A stretch of DNA of 64,000 nt, taken from positions 422,034,001 to 422,098,000 of the forward strand of contig OZ024740.1 in NCBI GenBank assembly GCA_964016885.1, read 5' to 3'. The translations under genes were made by a program, and so were the position numbers. The notes beneath the pieces were generated by a model. It was not told the origin of the DNA. It was given only the letters and a program-made list of their open reading frames with translations, and made no database searches. The stretch is from Eledone cirrhosa. Its lineage: Eukaryota. This document shows positions 30,020 to 39,653 of the stretch, piece after piece; within the stretch, counting starts at the first letter, position 1; each line of letters opens with the position of its first letter.

Positions 30020-30310
30020 GTGAAGAATCTTTCATGTACCACTCCTTACTTTGCCATTATGTCTCTGCATCGTACCCAACCATGATTCCTCTCCTGTTAT
30101 TATTTATCCAAGAAATTTGACTCACTTTTAGTTTTTCCAGAAAATCCTGACAAATCTCCAGCTGGTTCATTTTTTGCTCCAGTGATAAATGTTTGGGTCC
30201 TAGTTTTGCACACATTTTTTGCATGTTCAAATGGTCTGCTGACGTTCCATGAACTGTATTTTTATCCAAGTCCATTTTTACTGCAATCATTCTAACACTT
30301 AATCAGTGAT
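30020..30310 (-). pseudogene. Tc1/mariner transposase remnant
   Basis: Translation ...HLNMQKMCAKLGPKHLSLEQKMNQLEICQDFL...GYDAET*WQSKEW resembles the mariner WVPH-L and YDPETK-QS-EW regions; it has stops and frameshifts. Confidence 0.8.
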
Positions 30311-30430
30311 CTATGGCCATCACCACTTGCACCACTTTGTACCGTTGTTGGCTATTTTCCGGTATCACAAACGTAACAGAGCTTATAAATGTCTTCTTTC
30401 TTATTATTCCGTACTTGCCGAAAGAATTCA

Positions 30431-30596
30431 AATAATTGTTTCTACTTTTGGCACAAGGCCAGCAATTACCCAGTGCATTACTGGTACTTTATTTTATCGA
30501 ACCGGTAAGGATGAAAGGCAAAGTTAACCTCGGCAGGATTTGAACTCAGAATGGTGTCAAAGCATGGTGTCCGACCGATACAACCAATCCACCGCC
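30431..30596 (-). mobile_element. tRNA-derived SINE (family with GCCTTTCATCCTT..GGTCGATAAAATAAAGTACCAG core)
   Basis: B-box GAGTTCAAATCC on the minus strand, the conserved central block and an (ATT)n tail; homologous to the copies at 36.2-36.8 kb and 50.2 kb. Confidence 0.8.
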
Positions 30597-31387
30597 GTTC
30601 AAATAATTCAAATAATATTTGTCACTTATTAAAATAAGTATCAAAGTAATATAAGAAAGTATATAGAAATGATAATTAGTATCAAAGTGTCCACAAACAT
30701 CTGACTGATAAGATGACATGTCAGTCAATCATATTGGTGACCTCCCCATAGCCCTGGCGGACAGAATGGACTGTACACAAAAAGCAATAACTCACAACTG
30801 ACTCAATCGATAATGTTGAAATAAATATTATGTGCAGACAAGGTCATAACCAATACCTCTATATACATCAACGAGGTGCTGTGTGACCATGTCGTACATA
30901 GGAAAATCAGTACCCTTACTTTTTGGGTGGAAGATAGTCAGTTCTGCTGGGTGGTAGTTTAGAGGGTGATGGGGTGGGGTCCTTGCTAATGATATAGGTA
31001 TCTGGTGGTGGTGGTGGGTTAGAAGAAGGAAGAGAAGAGGAAAGGAGAAAGGTCACTTGATTAATGAGGAGTGGGTGGAGAGGGAAGAAGAGGGTGCAAA
31101 AGAAGAAAAAGTGGAGGAGGAGGAAGAAGTAGATAAGTGATATATGAGAGTGGATGAGAAGGAGACAGGGTTTATTTGAGTAGTTGGGAGGACAGGAGGT
31201 CTAAACAGAACCTTTTTTATGCATGACTAGTTTTTGGTCAAGTTGAACAAGTATACTTTAAGAAGTAAATAAAATTCACACATGCTGGGTTTTCAAGCCA
31301 AATTTTATGTACTTAAATGTTGCTTAGTAATGGCAATGACTGCAACATGATTACAATGTTATGTTGAAATTATTAAAGAGTTATATT

Positions 31388-31612
31388 AATAATTGTTTCT
31401 ACTTTAGGCACAAGGCCAGCAAATAGCCAGTGCATTACTGGTACTTTATTTTATCTTAATAATAATAATAATAATAATAATATGACAATTATTATTATTA
31501 AAGTTAGCTTTGCCTTTCATCCTTAAATAAAACACTAGTAATGTACTGGGGTAGATTTAATTGACCCCACCACCACCACCAAAAAATTGCTGGTCTTGTG
31601 CCTAAAGCTAGA
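31388..31612. mobile_element. two partial copies of the same SINE in opposite orientation
   Basis: Minus-strand 3' part at 31388-31457 and plus-strand core/3' part at ~31502-31612. Confidence 0.65.
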
Positions 31613-31658
31613 GTGTTGGACAAATGCTTCATATAGTTATGACACTTTGTGTTCTGAG

Positions 31659-31896
31659 TGTGGTTAGAAAAAGCTATCTCACTTACCGCTTTTCACAGGC
31701 GCTGCTAAATTCCACTGCAGGTACTCCTCTTCCACGTGCGTCCGACTGCTTAACACCGGGAGCTGCCCAAAACTCCGTCCACACCGTACGCTGGTCACCA
31801 CTAGAGAGAGGCCCTCTCCTGGCCCTTCCGGTCGAGCACTCAAAAACCCCTTCCGGTCGAGCCCCCCCCCCCCCCGCACGCCACACCATACCCACA
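31659..31896 (-). repeat. 3' LTR (238 bp)
   Basis: Near-identical to 35550-35827, with fewer internal CCTTCCGGTC repeats. Confidence 0.93.
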
Positions 31897-31917
31897 CGCC
31901 CCCCCTGATCTCAAGGA

Positions 31918-33003
31918 TCAATTTCCCCCTCGTCCCTCTGCAATATGAAAGTCTGCCGTCCAGGTCGGTGGTCTACGACTTCGTTGCGATCTTCGTAGTG
32001 TTGGGGCAGGGCTCTGGGTTTCCACCTCATCTTGGGTTTCCTCTTCCTCGGAGTCCGTCGACACAGTGATTCTTCTTACATCCAGGACATGACGTGGTAC
32101 CCCGTCCACGGACATATTGTTCTTTGAATTTACGGCCGTCACCGTTCCCCTTCCCCATTGAGATGTGCAACGTGCATCTGGGGGCTTAACCCAGACTTCT
32201 TCGCCCACCTGCACGAATGCACTCTCTCTCCCCACTGGCCGTTGTGGTGGCGTGCACGGGTGCCGCCACTCGTATTTGAATACTGCTCTATGTGGCACCG
32301 ATTCCTCGACCTGTCCAACCCGAGGGGACATATTGTACCAGAACACTGCCTCCATTGGTGAGATATGGCCCCGCTCCGCCATTGCCTTGATCGTCCGGTG
32401 GTGTCGCTCCACGATTCCATTCCCGCTCGGCCTGTGCGCCGCTCTGAAGAAACGGTCCACCTTCCATCCATCGAGCATCTCCCTCAGTGCCTCCGAGCGG
32501 AACGCTGCGCTGTTGTCCATCAGCAGTTCATCCACAGGGCCCCGCTCCAAGAACACCTCTCTCAACGTCCGCACGATTTCCTCGGCCGTTCCAGTCTTCA
32601 TCTCCCTCCATATCGCCATTCGACCTGGTCCACAGTCGACCATCGAGAGGTACGTTCCCTTCCGGTAGTGCGTCACATCCACCGCTAATCGCTTCCAGTC
32701 GCGATCCACCGGGAGGCTTTCCGTTTCGTGTACACCCGGGGCGGGATCAATGGACTGACATCGGACGCAGCCTCTAACCACCCCCCGAACACTGTGTCTG
32801 CTAACGTCCGAGTCGATTCTCCTGGCTAGGAACAGGCTCCTATCCACCCCCATGTGGTGCATGTCATGCAACCCCTTCAGGTCTAACTCGGTCAGCCGAC
32901 ACACGGCAGCTATCTCATCCTCTACCTCCTCCGGCGTTTCCATCCAGGCTTTCTTCACTCTAGTTAAGATGTCCGCCCTATTTTTCTCTGAGGGCACGAA
33001 CAC
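31918..33003 (-). CDS. LTR retrotransposon integrase (HHCC zinc finger + DDE)
   Basis: H..HHMGVDR...C..C zinc finger; AVDVTHY, LLMDNSAAF and GNGIVERHHRTIK motifs. Confidence 0.9.
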   Translation of the reverse strand: MFVPSEKNRADILTRVKKAWMETPEEVEDEIAAVCRLTELDLKGLHDMHHMGVDRSLFLARRIDSDVSRHSVRGVVRGCVRCQSIDPAPGVHETESLPVDRDWKRLAVDVTHYRKGTYLSMVDCGPGRMAIWREMKTGTAEEIVRTLREVFLERGPVDELLMDNSAAFRSEALREMLDGWKVDRFFRAAHRPSGNGIVERHHRTIKAMAERGHISPMEAVFWYNMSPRVGQVEESVPHRAVFKYEWRHPCTPPQRPVGRESAFVQVGEEVWVKPPDARCTSQWGRGTVTAVNSKNNMSVDGVPRHVLDVRRITVSTDSEEEETQDEVETQSPAPTLRRSQRSRRPPTWTADFHIAEGRGGN

Positions 33004-33125
33004 TACGCTCAGCTTCAGGTCGAACTCGGTGGCCAGCTACCTAACGTTCCCAGGCGGCGCTTTACCAGCATCTCCGCCGCGCCTCTCGTTCGCACTCTCT
33101 TCTCACTGGTGAGCACTGATCTTAC

Positions 33126-33443
33126 CTATCCGAGTACGGTGGCCGAGTCGGTGCGTATCTCGATGGTGCGCAGCCCCCACCGCAGGGCGAGGTTCACCCC
33201 TCTCAACACCGCGTCCAGCTCGGCCACATTGATGTGGCTGCAGTCGTCCTTCTTTCTAAGCCAGGCTGCATCCTCGACCTCAACACCTCCTATCTCCAAC
33301 GTGACACCCAGCGCTATGCTGCTGGCATCGCACCATACGGTCCCGCTCCGTGATTTGGGAACGTACCAGCGTCCCCGCACTGGGTCGTCGGCCTTCACCC
33401 TCCCCACGATCTCCTGCATCATGGCCACCGTTCTCTCTCCCAC
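33126..33443 (-). pseudogene. RNase H segment of pol (frameshifted)
   Basis: WCDASSIALG, HINVAELDAV and IRTDSATV motifs. Confidence 0.85.
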
Positions 33444-34134
33444 TCCAAGTCACCCCTCCCGCTCGTCTCTTGACATAGCTGCATGCCGTCCGGAGCCACC
33501 CAGCGATCGGGTAGTGACCCACCAGCTTTCCACACACTGAGAAAAGCTCCCGCCTATTCATACTTGGGCCCAGTTCCGGAACTTCGTTTCCCCTCTGGAA
33601 CACCAAAACGCCCGTCTTATCTCGCCGTAGCCTAAGTCCCAGCGCGGCTCCTCCCTCCAATGCTTCTGATGGCTTCGCAGTCAGTCCATACCTCCACAAA
33701 TGGCTCGTGACCTCCGCCGTCGACACCACCGACTCGTCCACTAGGATGTCGTCAATGTAGGAGTTAGTAGCCCTCTTTATCTTGTCGGCCCTCCCCAGAA
33801 CGGTCTTGAGGACCGCTGCCATGATCTTCGGTGCGGAGCTCAGCCCGAAACCGAGCCTGGTCAGGCAATATGTCCGGCCCTTATACCTGACCAGCTGATA
33901 CCGCCAGAGCTTCTCATCTATATGCAACTGCAAGTAAGCCGACTTTAGATCCACGATCGCTGAACCCCCCGTCATGCGTCTCCACTCACGCAGGGTTTCC
34001 CCACAGACATCCGTGACCTCGCCACCCGTGTGGCATGACATGTGCTCGTTCAGCTCCCGATAGTCCAGCACCGGCCTCACCTTGCTCTTCGTGGGTTGCA
34101 CCACCGCCATCAACGACAATACTCCGCACTTCAC
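33280..34134 (-). pseudogene. reverse transcriptase segment of pol (frameshifted at both ends)
   Basis: KVRPVLDYRELN, VDLKSAYLQL, RLGFGLSSAP and YIDD motifs. Confidence 0.92.
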
Positions 34135-34178
34135 CTCCTCCTTCCAGGGAAGCAGTATGCCCTCTTCGATCCATCTCT

Positions 34179-34706
34179 CTACTTCTCGCTCCTAGCGTTT
34201 CCCTTCAATGTGTGTTGATAGCAGCCCACTTTGGTCTTCAGTGTTGGTGGTTCTCCCTTCCAGTACCACTCAACAACCCATCGCTGCCCATCAAACACGG
34301 CCTTGAAGTCTTTGTCCTGTACAGTGTAAGCGGGGTATTGCTCCTCGTGGGCCTTCTGGTTCTCATGACGTGCACTCACAGCGCATACCGATGCAGCGGC
34401 GCCAAACGACACACCGACATTGTTAACTGTGACGCCCCCTAGACGGCCAATCGCGTCCATGCCCATAACCACGCCGATCCCATCCACCACACTGTCTACC
34501 ACGATGGCGGAAAGCCTTATCCTCCTTCCCCGTACCGCTATTTCCATCTCGCTGCGACCTCGGCATTCAATTTTCCTGCCGTCGACTGCCCTTACGCTGC
34601 TCTTCCCTCCCCACCTCTGCGCCACCCCCGCGGTCACCAGTGTCGTCGTACAGCCCGTATCCACGAGGGCTCGCTGTGGCTTCCCCCTCACGAAGACTTC
34701 CACCAC
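34179..34706 (-). CDS. aspartic protease segment of pol (-1 frame relative to gag)
   Basis: ALVDTGC active site and the downstream VVMGMD motif. Confidence 0.9.
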   Translation of the reverse strand: MVEVFVRGKPQRALVDTGCTTTLVTAGVAQRWGGKSSVRAVDGRKIECRGRSEMEIAVRGRRIRLSAIVVDSVVDGIGVVMGMDAIGRLGGVTVNNVGVSFGAAASVCAVSARHENQKAHEEQYPAYTVQDKDFKAVFDGQRWVVEWYWKGEPPTLKTKVGCYQHTLKGNARSEK

Positions 34707-34711
34707 GGGCA

Positions 34712-34769
34712 GCGCCGCTACTCGTAAGGGGCAACTACCGGCGCAGTAGTTCCCCTTGGATCGTTTCCC
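34712..34769 (-). promoter_or_regulatory. -1 programmed ribosomal frameshift signal (G_GGA_AAC + pseudoknot)
   Basis: Slippery heptamer at 34763-69 in gag phase. Stem AAGGGGAACTAC/GTAGTTGCCCCTT with loop GCGCCG able to pair with downstream CGGCGC. The -1 frame is open into the protease. Confidence 0.8.
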
Positions 34770-35479
34770 TGGTCGCAGTTAGTAGCGATGTGGCCTGGTC
34801 GCTTACACCGGTAGCAAATTATCTCCGGCTTCGACTCTCTACAGTCTCTAGCCATATGCGGGCCGTGACACCTAAAACAGCGGCCCCTAAATTCTTGCGA
34901 ACGGCCGCGTGCCGAGGTTGCCTCCCTTTGACCATTTCGCTGCCAGGTGTCCTGAGCCTCCGTAGTCGCTATCGCCGCGACACTCTTTATGGCATCTTCC
35001 GCTATGATCCGGGCTTGTTCCACCAGTGAACGCATTTCCATCTCCTTGTACCCCGGGACTTGCTGCAGTTTCACCGCTATGTCGTCCGGAAATCCATTGA
35101 TGAATGCCAACCGCACCGTGCGTTCGCATTCCGCCTGGTAACCGGCCAACATAGCCAACCGCCTTATTTCCGCTGCGAAAATGTCGACGCGCTCACCATT
35201 CCACCTGATTCTCGCCAGCTTAGCAAAAGCCGCCAACGGTCCCTCGGCGAATGCATCCATCAGACGCCTCTCAATCTTCTGCACATCTCTTTGGCTGTGC
35301 TCGTCCAACTCAAGGAAGAGTACCAACGCGTCACCCTCGAGGTACAATGCAATGAGACCGGCCACGTTTTCTATCTTCTGCAAGCCTGCGACCAGCCGAA
35401 CCTTCCGCAGCCAAGCGACAACATCACCTTCCCCGGTGAATGGCCTGATAGCTTCGTTCATCCGTAGTCTTGTCGCCAT
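34718..35479 (-). CDS. gag: Gag with two CCHC zinc knuckles
   Basis: CFRCHGPHMARDC and CYRCKRPGHIATNC; first ORF after the 5' LTR. Confidence 0.9.
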   Translation of the reverse strand: MATRLRMNEAIRPFTGEGDVVAWLRKVRLVAGLQKIENVAGLIALYLEGDALVLFLELDEHSQRDVQKIERRLMDAFAEGPLAAFAKLARIRWNGERVDIFAAEIRRLAMLAGYQAECERTVRLAFINGFPDDIAVKLQQVPGYKEMEMRSLVEQARIIAEDAIKSVAAIATTEAQDTWQRNGQREATSARGRSQEFRGRCFRCHGPHMARDCRESKPEIICYRCKRPGHIATNCDQGNDPRGTTAPVVAPYE

Positions 35480-35537
35480 CTTCTGATTTGTTTTGCGGCA
35501 AGTGTTTTCTTTTTCTTTTTTTTTTTTTTATTCAGTC

Positions 35538-35549
35538 GCCGAAATAGCT
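35538..35549 (-). promoter_or_regulatory. non-canonical primer-binding site complementary to tRNA-Phe nt 1-12
   Basis: The + strand reads GCCGAAATAGCT, which I recall as the 5' end of metazoan tRNA-Phe(GAA). It directly abuts the 5' LTR, and no TGG-type PBS is present. Confidence 0.75.
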
Positions 35550-35827
35550 TGTGGTTAGAAAAAGCTATCTCACTTACCGCTTTTCACAGGCGCTGCTAAA
35601 TTCCACTGCAAGTACTCCTCTTCCACGTGCGTCCGACTGCTTAACACCGGGAGCTGCCCAAAACTCCGTCCACACCGTACGCTGGTCACCACTAGAGAGA
35701 GGCCCTCTCCTGGCCCTTCCGGTCGAGCATCCTTCCGGTCAAAGACCCTTTCCGGTCGAGCACTCAAAAACCCCTTCCGGTCGAGCACTCCCCCCCCCCG
35801 CCCACCGCACGCCACACCATACCCACA
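35550..35827 (-). repeat. 5' LTR (278 bp)
   Basis: Direct repeat of 31659-31896, lying upstream of gag. Confidence 0.93.
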
Positions 35828-36210
35828 CTGAGTTCAAATCCCACCGAGGTTAGCTTTGCCTTTCATCCTTACAGGGTTGATAAAATAAAGGAAGAGGCTA
35901 TGTAGCCAGTAAGAGTGTCAGACACCATGAGCTGTGGCCCGAGTTAAGATAATTTGAAATCTTTTCCACCATCAATTGTTAAAAACAAGTTAAAATAGTT
36001 GTCGAATCACACACACATCTATACATAAATACATAAATAGATACAGACAAAAGAAGGGGGCTGGTGAAACGCTATAGCGATGTGTTACATACCTTTATGG
36101 TTTACCAGCTACATAGCCTATTGGTAAAATAAAATACCAGTATGCACTGGAGTAAATTTGACTTACCTCTTCCTCAAAATTGTTGGCCTTGTGCCTAAAT
36201 CAGAAGCCAT
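35828..36210 (+). mobile_element. 3' part of a SINE interrupted by the LTR element and by a MITE-like insert
   Basis: GAGTTCAAATCC B-box at 35830 continues the SINE head at 31611-31658. The core resumes at ~36125. Confidence 0.7.
35895..36119. mobile_element. MITE-like insertion with 18-bp imperfect terminal inverted repeats
   Basis: AGGCTATGTAGCCAGTAA ... TTACCAGCTACATAGCCT, splitting a SINE core. Confidence 0.55.
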
Positions 36211-36211
36211 T

Positions 36212-36812
36212 AGGGTGGTGGATTGGCAGTGTCGGGTTGGATAATATGCTTTGTGGCATAGATATGTGGCCCCTTACACCGTGAGTTCAAATCCCACAGA
36301 GATTAACTTTCTCCTTTATCTTTACACAGTCGATAAAATAACGTACCAGTCACTCACTGTGGGAGATTTAATCAACTTACCTCTCCCTCAAAATGTTTGA
36401 TCTTGTGCCTGAACCAGAAACCATTATTATTATTTAGAGGCGGTGGATTGGCACTATAGGTAGAGGGTCGGACGCCATGCTTTCTAGCATAGAGTTACGG
36501 CCCTTTCTATTCAGAGTTCAAATCCCGGCGAGGTTAACTTTGCCTTTCATCCTTACCGGGTCGATAAAATAAAGTACCAGTAATGCACTGGTTAATTGCT
36601 GCCTTGTGCCAAATATAGAAACAATTATTATTATTTAGAGGGTCGGACGCCATGCTTTGAAGCATAGAGTTACGGCCCTTTATGGTCTGAGTTCAAATCC
36701 CGTCGAGGTTAACTTTACCTTTCATCCTTACGGGGTCGATAAAATAAAGTACCAGTAATGCACTGGGATAATTGCTGGCCTTGTGCCAATAGTAGAAACA
36801 ATTATTATTATT
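36212..36812 (+). mobile_element. three head-to-tail tRNA-SINE copies
   Basis: Three GAGTTCAAATCCC B-boxes (~36283, ~36514, ~36689), each followed by the core and an (ATT)n tail. Confidence 0.85.
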
Positions 36813-36845
36813 AATATAACTCTTTATTTATTTCAACATAACCAG

Positions 36846-36921
36846 CTCAACTATACTTCCATTGTCACTGCAGCCATACCCAGGTTGAAAATCTGTCCAG
36901 TGAAACAAGTCCTCGAGTATG
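36846..36921 (+). CDS. candidate host-gene exon (LNYTSIVTAAIPRLKICPVKQVLEY-G)
   Basis: CAG acceptor, GT donor (GTTTGC), open frame, and phase-1 end compatible with the next exon. Confidence 0.45.
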
Positions 36922-36939
36922 GTTTGCTAATTTGTTGTG

Positions 36940-37046
<107 letters not shown>

Positions 37047-37051
37047 TTCAG

Positions 37052-37128
37052 GTGATGTAGGATGTACAAGCCCACAAGGTCGCTCCCATGCTAACGTCAA
37101 ATGGGGTCTGAGATTTCTTGTTGATCCA
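37052..37128 (+). CDS. candidate host-gene exon (G-DVGCTSPQGRSHANVKWGLRFLVDP)
   Basis: TTCTTCAG acceptor and GTAAGA donor; joins the previous exon in frame. Confidence 0.5.
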
Positions 37129-37134
37129 GTAAGA

Positions 37135-37338
37135 TCCATCGAATTACCCGACAAACACCACACTCGCTTCCTGCAACTCGACATAGAAAACTACTATGCC
37201 TCTATCTCGGAGCCCCTCCTGAAGGACGCAATTAACTTTGCCAGGAATCTTACCACCATTACCGATGCTGAGCAAGTTGTTATCCTCCACGCCCGTAAGA
37301 CCTTTCTATACCACGATGGATCTTACTGGATCAACAAG

Positions 37339-37340
<2 letters not shown>
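37135..37340 (+). pseudogene. Penelope-like reverse transcriptase fragment
   Basis: RFLQLDIENYYASISEPLLKDAINFA...ILHARKTFLY..W.K resembles the PLE RT FDI..FY.SI region. Confidence 0.75.
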
Positions 37341-37374
<34 letters not shown>

Positions 37375-37378
<4 letters not shown>

Positions 37379-37692
37379 AGTAAGGTTGCTTGGATGCTTC
37401 CATAGGCGGTACCGTTTAAGCACTCTATGCTCCTTCAGAGCAGAGTATAATAATATGGAAAATGAAGAATCAGTGATGCATCGAAAGACAATTTATTAAC
37501 ATATTACAATTGTTTCTCCGGCGAATAGCTCGAGGTGCGATCTATTTGTGGATCGAACCTGACTCTGGATTCGCAAGTTCCTCAGATACGTCTAGTGACT
37601 TCGAAGCAAATCCTCTGGATCTGTTCGCCAGAGAGACAATTGTAATACGTTAATAAATTGTGTTTTGATGCATCACTGATTCTTTGTTTTCC

Positions 37693-37698
<6 letters not shown>
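37375..37698. mobile_element. asymmetric palindromic non-autonomous element with hammerhead motif
   Basis: Imperfect inverted arms ~37451-37527 and ~37623-37698, a ~75-nt extra tail on the left, and (TA)n flanks. Confidence 0.7.
37498..37592 (-). ncRNA. type I hammerhead ribozyme motif, long stem II, partly degenerate
   Basis: GACGTAT-CTGAGGA-[..GCGAAT..ATTCGC..]-GAAA-CAATTG-TA-ATATGTT. Confidence 0.6.
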
Positions 37699-37777
<79 letters not shown>

Positions 37778-37780
<3 letters not shown>

Positions 37781-38570
37781 ATGTTGAATGGCAGTGAGAC
37801 CTGGGCATTGTGTGCAGAGGATATACGCAGATTGGAGAGGAACGAAGCTTGCATGCTCCGCTGGATGTGTAATAGTAATATACGTGAACGGCAAAGCATA
37901 AACGAACTAAGAGAAAAATTAGAAATAAGAGGGATCAGATGTTGTTTACTCGAGAGAAGACTACGTTGGTATGGTCACGTGATGCGCATGAAAGACGACA
38001 GCTGTATAAAAAAGTGCAGGGCAATAAAAATAGACGGTAGCCACGGAGTAGGCAGACCCAGAAAAACCTGGGACGACTTGATAAATTCCGACCTCACACA
38101 CTTACACCTCTCCAAGACAATGTAACTGGACCGAGACCTTTGGCGCTACACAGTAATAGAGAAGACCCGCCTTACCTAAGTACAAAGTGAAACCTACTAC
38201 AGTTAGTAGGCACCTCTAACAAAATACACCCCCGTCCCACTACCCCCACCCCATCCACACCACCCTTTCAATGTAAAGATATGTTGGTACCACAACATCC
38301 AGCCCGAAACAAATGAGATCGTGTAGGTGTCATGACAAAAAAACACACAGTCCACGCTGTAATGTGGCCGTGTAGGGAACACGGTAAAAACCTCCCAGTC
38401 CCACACTGTAAATGTGGTTGGTGTTAGGAAGGGCATCCAGCCGTAGAAAACCCGCCAGACAGTCCTATGCAAGCAAGACAACCACTCTTGCCTCAAGTGG
38501 GAAAACTCCCGTCCAATACCCATGCAAGCGTGGAATATGGACGTTAAACGATGATGATGATGATGATGAT
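37778..38570 (+). mobile_element. 5'-truncated RTE-clade LINE
   Basis: AMLNGSETWAL...RRLRWYGHVMRM...GRPRKTW; 3' UTR shared with 52.9-53.3 kb; (GAT)n tail. Confidence 0.9.
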
Positions 38571-38580
38571 ATATATATAT

Positions 38581-38762
38581 CAGCATCATCGATTAACGTC
38601 CATCTTCCACGCTAGCATGTGTTAGACAGGTCCTATTTTGAGGCAAGATGTGTCAGGTGACCGTGTCTCGCTCATATAGGGGTGTTTCTGGATGGTTTTC
38701 TATGGCTGGATGCCCTTCCTAACGCCAACCACATTTACAGTGTGGGCTGGGTGCTTTTTGCT
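38581..38762 (-). mobile_element. RTE 3' UTR fragment in inverted orientation
   Basis: GGCTGGATGCCCTTCCTAACGCCAACC is the reverse complement of the RTE tail motif seen at 44325-44345. Confidence 0.7.
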
Positions 38763-38919
38763 GTGTCTTATATACATAAGTGGAATTGGAAAATATATGT
38801 AAAGAATCTGTTTTTCTTTTTTTCATCTTTGATCCGTCAAAGTGACATTATTGAAGAAATTGATTTGTATAGAACCTTACTCCCTTTGCAAATATATACA
38901 TATTCATTCATTCATTTCA

Positions 38920-39232
38920 TTTTACGTCCGCTTTTCCCTGCTTGCAAGGGTGGGACGGGAACTGATTCTGGGTTGAATTCTACAGCTGGATGCCCTTCCT
39001 AACACCAACCTCATCTACAGTGGGTGCTTTTTTGCCGTGGCACCTCCACGACCACTTTGCAGTGGAATGATAGGGATCCCAGTCCCTATCATCTCATTTC
39101 TACAGCTGAGTAAACTGGAGCAATGTGAAATAAAGTGTCTTGCTCAAGGACACAACACATCACCTGGTCTGAGAATTGAACTCACAACCTTTCGATTGCA
39201 AGGCCAATGCTCTAACCACTAAGCCATGTGCG
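38920..39232 (-). mobile_element. tRNA-derived SINE with CORE-like block and RTE-derived tail
   Basis: A box TGGCTTAGTGG, B box GAGTTCAATTC, GTTGTGTCCTTGAGCAAGACACTT block, then the RTE tail motif. Confidence 0.7.
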
Positions 39233-39248
39233 TCTATACTAAACCATG

Positions 39249-39387
<139 letters not shown>

Positions 39388-39653
39388 GACGTAAATAAGA
39401 AAGTTATGAAAATTGACTTACTATGAATAAAGTTAGTCCTTCATCAGTGATCTTCCAACCATCATTGGTATTTCATCGCTTTAAAGACCATATACCTCCG
39501 GTTGGTGCGAGCAACGGCTAAAAAACGTCGTTGGGACACGTAAATAAAGGGGACACGAGAGTGTAAACAAACAAAGATGGTGAAGCAACGAAAAGTGAGG
39601 AAGAAGGAGTCAAGTCCCAATATATATATATATATATAGATATATATAGTATA

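Larger units (their letters stand above)
31659..35827 (-). mobile_element. compact full-length Ty3/gypsy-type LTR retrotransposon (~4.17 kb), pol degenerate
   Basis: Direct repeats 31659-31896 and 35550-35827 with TGTGG...CCACA ends. 5-bp TSD CTGAG at 31654-58 and 35828-32. Polypurine tract AGGGGGGGCG next to the 3' LTR. Domain order gag-PR-RT-RH-IN. Confidence 0.95.

Noticed and set aside
36212-36812. Functional tRNA genes at the B-box motifs
   Set aside because: No cloverleaf forms; the boxes are followed by SINE core and (ATT)n tails.
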